DNA from: Phyllobates terribilis
Lineage: Eukaryota
Reading direction: 5' to 3'
Length of the DNA stretch: 64,000 nt
Assembly: GCF_046119375.1 (NCBI RefSeq)
Contig: NW_027362771.1
Location: 116,374,001-116,438,000 of the forward strand
Shown: in pieces, positions 1 through 22,530 of the stretch
Position numbering within the stretch: position 1 is the stretch's first letter
How the letters are laid out: every line of letters begins with the position of its first letter
Translations under genes and position numbers: made by a program
The notes under the pieces: model-generated
Seen by the model: only the letters and a program-made list of their open reading frames with translations
The model's database searches: none
Told to the model about the DNA's origin: nothing

Positions 1-229
1 ATGACTAAGGACGCAGTACTAGCGCTAGAAACGCGTCAGACTGTTTTTTTTCAACCTTATAAGATGATCCAATAAAGCTTTTTGTTTTTACACGTTAGAG
101 AGCCGACCATCCCTCCTTTCCAATTTTTTGCTATTTGCTGTGCTCACCAGTGGGACAGGCACCCTCCATTGAAGCATGTCTCCTTTGGTGTTGGATTCAG
201 CGTGAAGCTCCCCGACTCTCCCCCTCGTC

Positions 230-356
230 TAATCCAAACACAACTTGACCTGAAATCCACATTTTTAGATCTTTTTTTCTGTTTGCCTCTTGAGATCGAA
301 AGGCTTAAATGAAGTCATCGAGCAACAAAGAGGTGATCAAGATTTCAGTGAAATAA
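230..356 (-). pseudogene. Decayed partial duplicate of the TTC41 coding exon, lying in the following intron
   Basis: gacctgaaatccacatttttagatcttttttt..gtttgcc.cttgagatc and gaggtgatcaag match 1464-1560 in the same orientation; taatccaaaca matches 1413-1423; two internal deletions relative to the exon. Confidence 0.75.
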
Positions 357-460
357 GGATAGGTCATCAATATCATAGAATTGGACAACCTTCTTAACTC
401 CCTAGGCTCTAGCTGTCTTTCCTGTTATGCATGGCATAAGCAACGTTCCAGAGAATACTA

Positions 461-730
461 CTAGTGATGAGCGAGCGTGCTTGTTTAACCCTTTAAATGA
501 GCACACTCGAGTAGTTTTGGCGTGCTCAGCATTTTAGTAACAGCCGCCACGGCTGCATGTATCACATCGGTTAGATAGCTGTGACACATGTAGGGATAGC
601 CTGTCAAATAGGCTATCCCTGCATGTGTCACAGCTGTCTAACAGATGTGACACATGCAGCCGCGGCGGCTATTACTGAAATGCCGAGCTCGTCAAAACTA
701 CTCGGTGAGTAGCCGAGCATGCTCGTTTAA
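461..730. mobile_element. Palindromic MITE
   Basis: Long imperfect inverted arms centred on gggatagcctgtcaaataggctatccc (~594-620); ctagtgatgagcgag-type terminus. Confidence 0.6.
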
Positions 731-891
731 AGGAGTTTCTACTCCTTCATTTTAGTGATCAATGGGAGTCTCTGCACACAGACGCCAAAAGATCAAAACT
801 TTTGACATGTCACTATGACATGTCAAATGTTTTATGAAACAACAGTAACATATTATTTTACATATTATTTGCATATACAAATCCAACTGAC

Positions 892-1693
892 CTATCTTTA
901 CAGGTGTGGTGCTGAGGGGATATAGTTTCTCAATGACATCACACCAGTCTTTAAGAATCAAAGTCCCAAGTTCTTCTTTTGTCTTAAAAAACCTCACGGG
1001 TAACCCTCTGTCAACAATGCTGGCTTTAAGTTCCCATATCCTTAATTCTTCCAATTCATTTTCACTTGCAAAAGACGATAAAACGCTCCACTTGTCATTC
1101 TTATTAGCTTGCTGTAATTTGTCTTCTACAAACTGATAGTCTCTGAAGTAGAAGTATTGAGACTGAGGGTCTTTTAAAAATAAAGCTTGAATAACCTCAA
1201 GTTCTGTAACACTACATGTCTTGTTAATTCCGTCTACAACCCATGGGTAACCCCCATTAGCTGCCACATGAAGATTCTTCTCTACTTCCGATAGACCATC
1301 ATCATTGGATAGACCAGCAGAACCAGTGGATGTGTGGATCTGGCTCTCTTGTACAAACTCTCCATAGGTATGACCAAGTATGCATATAAGAAAGGGAGAA
1401 GAACTGTTAACATAATCCAAACATAACTTTAATTGCTGCTGTGTTATATGATGATGGACGTGAGACCTGAAATCCACATTTTTAGATCTTTTTTCTGTTT
1501 GCCACTTGAGATCCACAGGTTTAAATGAAGTCCCACGGGTAAGACAGAGGTGATCAAGCTGAGGGAATATTGTTTCAGTCAAATAATTTCTCTCTTCTAT
1601 AAAATCTATTGGTGTTGAGCAGACATATGGGCGGATAGGTGGTCTGCTGGTAAAATAATACCGATGACCATTCTTTGTAGTATATGTTGGCAT
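892..1693 (-). CDS. TTC41: Tetratricopeptide repeat protein 41 (GNN), first coding exon (~267 codons); gene continues leftwards out of the window
   Basis: ORF MPTYTTK..RPYVCSTPIDFIEERNYLTETIFPQLDHLC..VDLKW..CLDYVNSSSPFLICILGHTYG (DUF4062-like N-terminus as in TTC41/NPHP3); ACCATG start; GTCAGT donor at 891-886; candidate acceptor before 1737; head-to-head with HSP90B1 as known for TTC41/GNN. Confidence 0.8.
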
Positions 1694-2100
1694 GGTATGT
1701 GCTTACGACTGAGATGATTGGTCCAAATGTACGATAACTAGAGCTTTGGAAAGAGTTTTTTCCACGTTTTTCTTCATTGCCTAAAGAAAACAGTAAAAGA
1801 AAAAAGTTTTACATTAATACTGGGGTAACTAAAGGTTTTCCAAAGGACTATTGCTATGTTCTGCCACCTATTACAGATGTGGTGTGATATCAGCTAAACA
1901 TCTGCTGTAAATAATAAAAAAAATTGAAGGTGACATCTTTGGAGTAAAAAAAAAAGTATGTATGATCTGCAATTGCTTTCCCAGCTTTACTCTGTCTTCG
2001 GGTCAGTAGAATAGGTACACTAGGTGCAGAAGTGACAACAGAGACCCTCTTCCTGGGGATTACTACATGTGATACACAAGAAAAAGGAAGCATTATATAA

Positions 2101-2540
2101 AAACATAGAATAAGTTATCATGCAGATGGTGACAAAGACGAGGGGGCACACTATGCGTCTGGAGGAAAGGAGGTTCCTGCACCAGCATAGAAGGGGATTC
2201 TTTACGGTCAGAGCCGTGAGACTCTGGAACTCTCTGGGAGAGGAAGTGGTGATGTCCAACTCACTTAATGAGTTCAAGAGAGGCCTGGACGCCTTTCTTG
2301 AGAACAATAAAATTACATCTTATGCTTAGTTAATTAATCCAGGGATTTAATCTGACTGCCAGATTGGTGTCGGGAAGTGAATTTTTCCTCAATGATGTAA
2401 ATTGGCCTATACCGCATGGTTTTTTGTTGCCTTCCCCTGGATCAACGCTGCGGAATAGCTGCAGTGCACAAGAAATAGGCTGAACTGGATGGACGCTTGT
2501 CTTTTTTCGGCCTTATAAACTATGTAACTATGTAACTATG
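2101..2540 (+). mobile_element. CR1-type LINE 3' end fragment
   Basis: TRGHTMRLEERRF..RRGFFTVRAVRLWNSL..EFKRGLDAFL is the CR1 ORF2 C-terminus; 3' UTR ggctgaactggatgga followed by a (ctatgtaa)n tail. Confidence 0.85.
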
Positions 2541-3079
2541 CAGATTACACAGCTATGTGATTTTGCTACACAGTTTTGGGTAAATTGTTATGTAAAATGT
2601 AGCCATACACATTTAGAGGGAATCTGTCAGTAAGAAAATTTTTGTTTAAATCAGGTTTTTGTGTTGCACATATTTTTTTTTCCTTTTAATATCATGATCT
2701 TTATAAGAAAAAAAACAGTAATTAGGATTAAAATGACAGATAACACTTCTATACACTGCTGATATACAGGATCCACCATTCACAATAGGTGATGTCACAG
2801 CTGACCCTGCTTCCCCTCCCTTCACAATGACCTTTGCACAAGCTCATTAGAAACTTCAATACAAAAGATAAGGTCTGTTCATTGTGGCCATGTACATGTG
2901 TTGTTTCCTGAAACAACGGGAAGTTAGGAGTCTTGCAAGAGTTCTATTTGTTTTGTTTTTTTTTTAATAAGATTGTGATATGTAGAAAAAAAAAACATTG
3001 CCAAATTTTTAAAAAATACATTTAACACAAAAACTTGATTTAAACAATAGGTCATTTTCTGATGACATATTCCCTTTAA

Positions 3080-3363
3080 GGCCCCTTTCACGTTACGTTC
3101 TTGCTCACGTTCAGTGGTTGCGTCCAAACCAGTCGCAAAACGTGATTCAGGCATATGCACCGATGCGTCCGTTAACTATAATGGTACCGACAGAGTCAAC
3201 ATGTGCTCTGTCATGCATCATTTTCGGGCGTATATGCACGGCACCATTATAGTCAATGGCCAAGTCGGCGCATACGTCTGAATCCCGTTTTGCGGAGGGG
3301 GGTTCAGACACAAGCCCTGACAGGACCATTGAACGTGAGCAAGAAGGCAATGTGAAAGGGGTC
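3080..3363. mobile_element. PIF/Harbinger-type MITE
   Basis: TIRs ggcccctttcac / gtgaaaggggtc, subterminal inverted repeats, TAA duplication on both sides. Confidence 0.75.
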
Positions 3364-4972
3364 TAACGCAAGGCATGATTTTAGCCAGGAATGTTTGTCT
3401 CTGAGGCGTTTCAGAGAAAAACATACTTTAAAAGCCACTGGGGACTGAGTCCACAAGAGACGAATCGGACAGGTGGATCTCTGGTGACTTCACCTCGCCC
3501 CCTGACAGTGACTAGCAGGTGTCTCCCTATACACACAGGAAGAGACCTGTCACTCCAGGACAGCAAGAACTTGCCGGGGACTAGGCCTTTCTGACTGGTT
3601 CCGCATAGACTTGATCTCTGGCGACTTTTAAAGTATGTTTTAATGTGAAATGCCGCAGTGCTTCAAACATATCTGGCTGAGATCATACAGTCAGTGCCTA
3701 ATCCATGTTGCCTGTAGATCAGGCAGCATGTATCAGATGTCAGGTTCCCTTTAAAAGAAGGTTTGCTGAGGCTCTTCATTTGGCAAAATATAGTGTACAA
3801 AAGTAAAAAAAAATGCCTTTTCCTTCATTGACTCTGAAAGAATTTTCTCAACTTATTTGTCTCAATCTAAAGAAGCTGCACTCCTGGTATTCTCCATAAA
3901 GGCACCAGTCATTTCCATCCTAACAGAGGGGAGCTGACTGATGCTTAGTGTGCACTGTATGCAATGACCATGGTCCTTCTCTGACTGATTAGAGGGCGCC
4001 ACCTGTCACCTGAGCTCTAAGTCAGTTCACAGCTGCTGGGCATCCAGGGTGGAGTCACTTGTGACTGATTCGCTGCAGAAATATCTGCGACTCTCCTATT
4101 CATCTGAATGGTGCTAGACACTTAACTCCCCTGTTGCATCGATGTCGGCACTACAACATTATGTCAAGTGACCACTGCAGCCAATCATCAGCAACTGATT
4201 GGCTGCAGCTCTTTAGTATTCCATCAGAGCAGAAGTCCTTAATTAGCGCTTTTATTTTGTGATGGGCACTGTGGAGCAATTAGTAAGGTGTGTCCAGAAG
4301 TGAACAACCCCTTTACTACATCCCAATGAGATGAATGGAACGGATTGACAGTCCCATCCCCCTGGAGACATCCCGCTTCTCCCGTTGCCTCTCGTCACTG
4401 ATCACACACGTCATCACGTCACACAGTTTATGACATTTGACTTTTATCTCCGTCATTCGCTGCTGAGCCCCAGAGGGGTCGGGGACCTCTGCAGGGGGCT
4501 TCTGTGGCTTATGAGTGGACGCTCTAGTGCACATCACACCATAATACTGCATGTTGTGCAGACTGAGCTTTGCCATTACAGGTTAGCCCAGATTACTATA
4601 GTTTTGCCCATCGGTCAGACATTAGGGCCCCTCATGATTACAGAGAAGCACCACCCTATAGCCTACTATGTCTACAGAGGGAAATACCGGCGCATGTCAC
4701 AGCTCACGACCTCCTCTTCCCTCTCCGCTGCCACTTGTGACTCCAGTGAACGCCACTGTCACACACAGGAAGGCGTCCTATCCCCATAGCAACCCCAGCC
4801 GCCATGTAACTATGGTAAACCACACTGCTGCAGCCCCGGAAGCACTTCCGGGTGACACTCCACCCACTCCCTGCACTGTGACTCCTCCCACCAGGCATTT
4901 CCTGCCCTCTTTTTATAACGGGGCCCTGATATCCGCGTTCACCCATTGTGCGGAGAACGCCGGGCACGTCAG

Positions 4973-4991
4973 CCAATCACAGCGAGACACG
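4973..4991 (+). promoter_or_regulatory. ERSE-like element (CCAAT-N9-ACACG) with adjacent CACGTCA CRE/UPRE-like half site
   Basis: ccaat cacagcgag acacg; one mismatch to the ERSE consensus CCAAT-N9-CCACG. Confidence 0.6.
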
Positions 4992-5012
4992 CTCCTAGCG
5001 CTCGGCGCCGTA

Positions 5013-5031
5013 CATGGAGGAAGCCTATTGG
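5013..5031 (-). promoter_or_regulatory. ERSE-like element (CCAAT-N9-CCATG)
   Basis: Plus strand catgg aggaagcct attgg; exact 9-nt spacing, one mismatch. Confidence 0.65.
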
Positions 5032-5075
5032 CCGGCAGTGACAGCGACACAGGAGTTCATTGGCTGCTTATTGTG

Positions 5076-5094
5076 CGTGGTCGGCTGCCATTGG
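5076..5094 (-). promoter_or_regulatory. Perfect ER stress response element (ATF6/NF-Y site)
   Basis: Plus strand cgtgg tcggctgcc attgg = CCAAT-N9-CCACG on minus; upstream of a GC box (~5109) and TATTAAA (5134-5140). Confidence 0.85.
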
Positions 5095-5218
5095 AGGACG
5101 CTTGGAGTCCGCCCGGTGCCTGTCAGGGGAAGATATTAAAGCTTGGAGGCGGTCCATGAGCTGCAGTTGTCTGTGGAGAAGCAGCGAGGCTTGTGTCGGT
5201 GTGTCCGTAGCTGTCACC

Positions 5219-14741
<9,523 letters not shown>

Positions 14742-15235
14742 ATGCCACATTGCAGCTGTTTAGGGGGGGTTGGGTTTTTTGACAGTGTTGGGAGGGTTTT
14801 TTAGTTTGTTTTTGTTTTTTTAAGACATTCCTCATGAATGTAAATTTGTACTATTTATGAGTGTATGGTTGTAACATCTTTCACATGAACACAAGACTTA
14901 GGCAATTCCATTTAACTCAAAGCACTGCACGGTGTAACTTTAACTTGGATGATGGAGGGATATCTCGGACAACCTGCACTTACCAGATATGGACTGGATA
15001 TTTAATCTTTACTGCTCTCCGGTCACCATGCTGATCAAAGGATTGGATTTTGGCACAAATGTGAAACTTACAGCGTAACCGTTATAAATATTTTTTGTGT
15101 GTGTAAATTGTTAATGTCTCATTGGAGAAGAAGCCCTAACTTACCGGCCACAAGATGCAGCATCTTGTATGCCCTTTCCAGTTACCTGTTGTCACAATGT
15201 TGCCGTCAATCTCCACAGCAATCTTGCCTTTCCAA

Positions 15236-15241
15236 AATAAA
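15236..15241 (+). terminator. Probable HSP90B1 polyadenylation signal
   Basis: AATAAA ~495 nt after the stop codon, followed by GT/T-rich downstream sequence. Confidence 0.6.
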
Positions 15242-17122
15242 GTTGTACGTGACTTTGTTATTCAACTGTTTGAGGGTCGAGTGGTTAATTTGTAGTGTTT
15301 TTTGTGAAGGGCCATTTGGCTATTTACACCTTCATTTGCAGGACATACAAAATTTTCAACTTAAAAATTAGCCTGTTATATTTGGTCATACATTTAATTA
15401 CCCTTTGCTCATAATGTGGTGGCTGGAATTGCCTTTCTTTGGGAAGATGTATGATGTTAGGTGATAGTGATTATCCTACTTGCAAGCAACTTCTTTTCCA
15501 GGTTTTGTGTCCTTCAGGCTGGAGCAGTCAACTATTTGCAATGGCAAGCGAGTTGTTCTGACTCTTCTTTCAGGGAATGTCTTGGCAAAGTGGGAACTGC
15601 ATCACTGCTTAAGTAACATTTCTGGAGCTTAAGCAGTAGGTCTGCTGTATACATCCTAAACCATACTGTAGGGGACGGGAGTTGGCAGTGCTAATAAATA
15701 ACCCACATAGCATGTCCTAGCACTGGTAATCTACTGTTGCATGCGGTGTTTATTAGTGAACGCAGCAAATGTGTTCTCATTAAAAAAAAAACTGCTAGGT
15801 GAACTAGGCTGGTGGCCCTAGAACAGCTGCCGTCTAGGAATCTGAGGTCTAACTAAATATTGCAGTTCCTCACACCTGCTGTATAAATTTTAAAAAGTAC
15901 CTGTGTTGTGCAAAACTTCACTGAGACTGAAATTAAACTGTCTCATTTAGTAATGGTTGTAGTACTTTATGAAAGTGACACAAAAGTGCTCTATTTTAAC
16001 AGCTGTGAGTGTGCAGCATGTAGACATAAGGGAGATCTGTGCTGCTGCTTCATGCTTATGCAGTTATGTAAATAGACATACAAGATGAATTTCTATCTAT
16101 TTTGGAGCAGCAGTGAAGCTAAAAAATAACATTCAGCAGCTTCTTGGTTAAAACACACAAACTGTTCATGTTGTGACTCTTAACCATTTACAGGTAGCAG
16201 ATTCCTCTACTTGCAGATGAGACTGTATGAACTAAAATTCTTGCCCCTTATCGAAGATGAGAAGCCATCACTCATTCTGCAAATTTGCTGCCCATCAGGA
16301 TGCATTGGTGAAATATTTCAATATGCGTGTGTTCCTTTATTGGCAAAGTTATAAGAATACAAGTTAAATAAATTCTCATTATATTCTATGGCCCAGGAAG
16401 ATGGCAAGACATGTAAAATCCTGCCAGATCTGGGCACAGCACCATAGCAAAACTACATAGAATCTGCTCCTTAGGGCTCGCTCTCACTTAATTAAATCGG
16501 ATTACATTTGTACCAATTTAATCCTATGATGGTATGCTCAGTGGCTTTATTTTTTTTTTAAGCTCTGATCCAACCAAAAAAAAAAAAAAAAATTGCAGTA
16601 TGAAACATCACACTGCACTCAGATATGACCTGAGTGCAGTGAGATTCCCGCAGATGCCAGCAACAGAGGAGATTGAGAAAGTAACTTCTCAGTCTCCTCC
16701 ACAGTGGTGCTGTGATCCTCTGTGCAAGAGGATCAGAGCACTGCCACTCGGCTTCTGCTCGCAGCAGAGTGTCATTAGCATCTCTCATCTGATGCCATAC
16801 GCTAGCGGGACCCTGGCCTTAGTCTCACATTTGGTGCCTCCCAGAAAAGTGAATCTGAACCTGCAGTACTGCAAGGGCAGCTTCACATGAGTGTATTTGG
16901 GGTCCAAGTGCTGTCCTGGGTTTAAAAAAAAAAAAAAAAAAATTCAATTGGGCTGTTCAGATGTTTGTTTTTCACACTGATTCTTCTCAAGGTGAAAGAG
17001 GGATTTTTGATACTCACTGTAAAATCTTGGAGCCTTCATTGGGGGGCACAGGTAGCCATGGGTGTATGCTGCTGACACTAGGCTACAAAAAGTTAGTGCA
17101 AAGCAGTAGGAGAAGCATAGTA

Positions 17123-18628
17123 CAACCCCTGGCAAAAATTATGGTATCACGAGACTCTGAGGATGTTCAATCAGTTGTTTAATGTTGAAAAAAGCAGATC
17201 ACAGACATGGCATAGGGCTTTAAGGAACACTAAAAGAAAGCAAGATAAAAAAATGTGGTACTCAGTAAGGGTAACTTTTTTCAGACTAAGTAGAGGGGAA
17301 AAAATTATGGAATTAGCCTGCATCTAAAAAGGAGTGATCACACCTTGGAGAGCTGTTGTACCAAGTGGACTGACATGAATCATGGCTCCAACACGAGAGA
17401 TGTCAATTGAAACAAAGGAAAGGATTATCAAACTCTTAAAAGAAGGTGAATCACACTATGTTGCAAAAGATGCTGGTTGTTCAGTCAGCTGTGTCTAAAA
17501 TCTGGACCAAATACAAACATGGGAAGGTTGTTAAAAGGCGAACATACTGGTAGACCAAGGAAGACATAAAAGCGGCAAGACCGGAAACTTTAAGCAATAT
17601 GTCTCCATATTCCACAGGAAATGCACAACAAAACAAATGGGAGGAAACCGGAGTCAATGTCTATGCCCAAACTAACAAACCACCTAAAGGAAATAGGATT
17701 TACATATAGAAACATAATCCATCATTAACACCTAAACCGAAAAAAAACAAGGTTACAATGGGCTAAGGAAAAGCAATCGGTCTGTGGATGACTGGATGAA
17801 AGTCATATTCAGTGATGAATCGTGAATCTGCATTGGGCAAGGTGATGATGCTGGAACTTTTGTTTGGTGCCCTTCCAATGAGATTTATAAAGATGACTGC
17901 ATGAAGAGAACATGCAAATTTCCACAGTCATTGATGATATGGGGCTGCATGTCAGGTAAAGGCACTGGGGAGATGGCTGTCATTACATCTTTAATAAATG
18001 CCCAAGTTTACATTGGTATTTTGGACAGTTATCCCATCAATTGAATGGATGTTTGGGGATGATGACATTTTTCAAGATAATGCATCCTGCCATAGAGCAA
18101 AAACTGTGAAAACATTCCTTGAAAGAAGACACATAAGGTCAATGTCATGGCCTGCAAATAGTCCGGATCTCAATCCAATTGAAAATCTTTGGTGGAAGTT
18201 GAAGAAAATGGTCCATGACAAGGCTCCAACCTGCAAAGCTGATCTGGCAACAGCAATCAGAGAAAGTTGGAGCCAGATTGATGAAGAGTACTGTTTGTCA
18301 CTCATTAAGTCCATGCCTCAGAGACTGCAAGCTGTTATTAAAGCCAGAGGTGGTAAAACAAAATACTAGTGATGTATTGGAGTGTTCTTTTGTGTGTTTG
18401 TCATGATTCCATAATTTTTTCCCTCAGCTTGGTCTGAAAAAAATGACCCTTACTGAGTACCACATTTTTAATCTGGATTTCTTTTAGTGTTTCTTAAAGC
18501 CATAAAGTTGCCATTTGAAATGACTTTAGTTTTGTGCCATGTCTGTGATCTGCTTTTTTTCAACAACATTAAACAACTGAATGAACATCTTTTGAGCCCG
18601 GTGATTCCATAATTTTTGCCAGGGGTTG
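17123..18628 (+). mobile_element. Tc1-like DNA transposon (defective), inserted in the DIRS right ITR
   Basis: TIR caacccctggcaaaaattatgg / ccataatttttgccaggggttg, TA TSD; frameshifted transposase ~17382-18369 with [23 protein letters not shown]. Confidence 0.93.
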
Positions 18629-18764
18629 TATAACATGGCAACGAGCCAAACATCGACCTATAGGCCAAACACTAGTCACACTAGCCAGAAACGAATACAC
18701 TAAAACAGACATAGGCACAAAAACAGGGCGAGTGCTGTGTCTCTCAAAGAAGACTCCAAGAAAG

Positions 18765-18830
18765 ATTTTACGGTGAGTACCAAAAATCCCTCTATCACCT
18801 CATTTGGGGACAAAGGTAACCATGGGACGC
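18765..18830 (-). other. DIRS internal complementary region (ICR)
   Basis: Plus strand gattttacggtgagtaccaaaaatccc|tctatcacctcatttgggg juxtaposes copies of the element's 3' end (17001-17026) and 5' start (36285-36310). Confidence 0.75.
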
Positions 18831-18866
18831 CCCAAGGCGATGAGGGGGTGGGGGGAGCGGCACCAA

Positions 18867-19973
18867 TCAGGTTGGACGACCGGCGATCGCTGCCTGCAGC
18901 ACTTTACCTAGTCTGGCATCCGCCGAGGAGTAGGTGTGAACCTTATAGAATTTTGTAAAGGTATGCAGAGATGACCAGGTAGCCGCCTTGCAAACCTGCA
19001 AGGCTGAAGCCTGATGGCGAACAGCCCAAAATGCACCCAGCGCCCAGGTGAAATGAGTTCTTACGCCCGAAGGGGGCAATTTGTTCTTTACTTGATAAGC
19101 GTACAAGATCGTTGAGCGAATCCAGCGAGCGATGGTGGATTTAAAAGTAGGTAGACCCTTGCGACAACCTTCAGAGATGACGAACAGGGAGTCAGAACAC
19201 CTGAAAGAAGCATACCTTGAGAGGTAGCAACGCAAAGCTCTAACCAAATCCAGGTTATGAGGGCCTTTTCCAGTGGATATGCAGGATAAGGGAAAAGGGA
19301 AGGCAATACAATGTCCTCATTTATGTGGAAGGCACAGACCACCTTGGGCAAAAAAGAAGGTACTGGCCTAAGAACTACCTTATCCTGATGAGAAACGGAG
19401 AACGACAGGAAAGCTGCCAATTCAGAAACCCTTCTGATGGATGTGATGGCTATCAGGAATGTGACCTTCAAGGAAAGTAGGGACAAAGAAATTTCCTGAA
19501 TTGGTTCGAAAGGCAGGGCCTGAAGAACACCTAACACCAAATTCAGATCCAAAGGATCTACTGGCTGACGATACAATGGAGCTAAGTGAGCAACACCCTG
19601 AAGGAAAGTCTTCATCTGAGGCCGAGCAGCCAGATTACACTGAAACAGGATGGAAAAAGCGGAAACCTGACCCTTGAGCGTACTGAGGGATAAACCAGCA
19701 ACAAGGCCCGCCTGAAGAAAGGCCAGGATGGAAGGACATTAGAGCTGAATGGTTCTCCTCACACCATCGAAAAAAGGCTTTCCAGGTACGGTGATATATA
19801 CGAGAAGAAGTGAGTTTTCTCGCACTGATCATGGTCTGTATGACCTGGGGGGAGAAACCCGCCTCCTTCAGCACCATGGCTTCAATGGCCATACCATTAA
19901 ACTGAGATACCGAGAATTCGGGTGGAAAAGTGGACCCTGAAAGAGCAGATCTGCTTGCTCTGGAAGTCTCCAA
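18867..19973 (-). pseudogene. DIRS tyrosine recombinase (frameshifted)
   Basis: SLKVTFLIAITSIRRVSEL (catalytic R region), FLPKVV..FH, IARWIRSTI..AY, ATWSSLHTFTKFY. Confidence 0.88.
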
Positions 19974-21155
19974 GGCATGTCTGCAAGCAGATTGACCAGT
20001 TCTGAATACCAGACCCTTCTGGGCCAGTCTGGGGCCACCAGTAGAACCGGAACTCCCTCCAGCTTGATCTTCTTGATGACTCTGGGAATCAGCAGGAGGG
20101 GCGGAAAGAGATAAGGAAGGTGAACCATGGGATGTCTAGAGCATCGTAACCGATTGTCAGAGGGTCGCAAGACCTGGCTACGAAGTGAGGAACCTTCCAA
20201 TTCACCCATGACACCATTAGATCGACATCGAGAGTGCTCCATTTTTGACAAATCTGAGCGAACACCTCTGGGTGAAGAGACCACTCACCAGAGGATAGGC
20301 CCAGACGACTGAGGAAGTCTACGGCCCAGTTTTCCACAACAGGGTATGTGAACTGCTGATATTGCTGACACTTGGCGTTCGGCCCAGAGTAGAATCCGCG
20401 AGACTTTAGAGAGAGTGGACTTGCTTCGAGTGCCAGCCTGATGATTTATATAAGCCACAGCCGTGGCATTATTGGACTGGGTCCAGACTGGCTGGCCCGA
20501 AAGAAGGTCCTGCCAATGAAGGAGAGAGAGTTAGATAGCTCTGATTTCCAGCAAGTTGTTGGGAAGAGAAGTCTCTAGGGTATTCCAGCGGCCCTGAACT
20601 GTGGGGTGAAGGAAAACCGCTCCCCATCCTAGAAGGCTGGCGTCCGTCGTGACCACTAACCATCTGAGAGGGAGGAAGGACCTCCCGAGGTGGATGGAGG
20701 AGGATAGGATCCACCAAGTCAAGGATTGTCTGACTCGAGGAGGCAAGAAAATGGGATGATCCAAGGAGGAGGTCCTCTTGTCCCAAGCTGACAGGAGAGC
20801 CAGTTGGAGGGGGCGGGTATGGAACTGGGCAAAGGGAACAGCCTCCATGGCCGCGACCATTTTCCCCAGAACTCACAAGCAGAGTCCCAGAGGGATGGGA
20901 GAAGGACGTCTTAGAGCATGGATCCCCACAACTGAGGGCTGTGATTTTGTCCTCTGGGAGAAGAACCTTGGCCTGGGAGGAGTTGAACATCATGTCCAGG
21001 AAGATCAGAGGCTGAGACGGGATAAGGGAAGACTTGGTCCTGTTCACTATCCAGCCGAGACGGGAGAGAATGTTCAAAGTGATCTGGATGCTCTGGTAGC
21101 AGTCGTGGTAGGACAGCCCCTTGATCAACAGGTCGTCCAAATAGGGAATGATGAC
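19868..21155 (-). pseudogene. DIRS RT C-half, RNase H and methyltransferase-like segments
   Basis: PYLDDLLIK, LGWIVNRTKSSLIPSQ, VVTTDASLLGWGA, NLLEIRAI, DFLSR, VDLM, LLIPRV..VAPDWPRRVWY. Confidence 0.88.
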
Positions 21156-22530
21156 TGTCAGGGATTCACAGCGACAGGGGCGACACCGGGGAGATCACAC
21201 AATATCCCACCGCTGCCACCACTTTGTCAGGGATTCACAGAGACAGGGGCGACACCGGGGAGATCACACAATATCTTACTGTTGCCGTCATGCTGTCACA
21301 GATTTCTTCAGGGATAAGCAGGCACACGATCCCGATTACTCACTACGTAGGTATCGCCAAGCGACCAGTGAGCCTTTGGCGTCACACCTCCGGATTCCAA
21401 CACATGGAATATGCGTATACGGCCCCCATACAGTCACTATCAGCTTCACAATAGCCCAATTATTATTTGCTGCCACCACTGGCCAAGTTTGAAATATAAT
21501 GCAGGCCAGACCGGATGCCTGCGTTCTGGTAGCATATATGGCTTCGGGGGAGGGAACGATTACAGGACAAAAGAAACAGAACTATTAAATTTTATATTTA
21601 ATCCAAAAGGGAGGCAGTGTTTAGGAAAAATATATACAAGGATTTTACAAAGGAGACATTACAATACATAAGCACTTACACAAAATAATGATTAAAGCAG
21701 AAACTTACTATCCGATCGCTGAGCCAATTCAATACAGGTGGATGGGAGACACTCTGCTTGATTAGACTGTTACGGAACAGGATCCGTTGCATATAGTACA
21801 TATATCTCCTGCAATGAATATGGATCAACCTTCAATTGGCTCTTTTATGCCTAAGGGGAGATCTGCCCACACACCCCTGTGGTGACACCATGTGGGCTCG
21901 GGCTTCACCCTTCATGTTTTTATTAAAATAACTAACTTCCGCTATAACATCCATGGTTGCTCACAGAAGCCCAAAAGTGATACCATATTTTCTATTATGA
22001 TATTACGTTCATTTAGAGACCACGCATGGCGTACCTGCGATACGTTATTCTGGTGCTTTTGTGCTACAGCTCCAAGGAGGGGTTCACAACGACAGGAAAA
22101 TATCCCTATCGTTCCCTAGCTGACCCTGTCACTAAAAATATGGGTCCCATCATTATCGGATGTATGGAACTTTAGTTATTCCATATTTTGTTTCGGCTCT
22201 GAAGGGCCTAGAGACTTATTAAACTCTCTTTGAAGTTTCAACAGGTATCTGTAGATTTATCGCAAGCCTGCGTCCAATTGTCCCCTGCCTTTACCAGGGG
22301 AAATCTACTCGCATTTTAAGTAGGTTGGTGGCACCTCTCTTGCCAGCATTTGTTTACAGGGCCTTACTCATGAGTGTGTTAATTGGGTTTTTGTGCTGAG
22401 ATTTACATGGAGACAGCTCTTGTACGGACAAGTGGTCGATTGTTGGCTTTTGTCTTGTGACAAAGGTGGATAAGGGAGGGGTGAGAGGGGCTTCAGGTGA
22501 AGAAAGAATATTTTCAATATTTCCCTGACA
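21156..22530. mobile_element. Solo LTR (1375 bp) inserted in the DIRS RT
   Basis: TGTCAGGGA...TCCCTGACA termini; 5-bp TSD ATGAC (21151-55, 22531-35); no coding capacity. Confidence 0.85.

Noticed and set aside
1-45. Possible second hammerhead (atgactaagg..gaaacgcgtcag)
   Set aside because: The core deviates from CUGANGA at two positions and helix I is cut by the window edge; at best a decayed copy.
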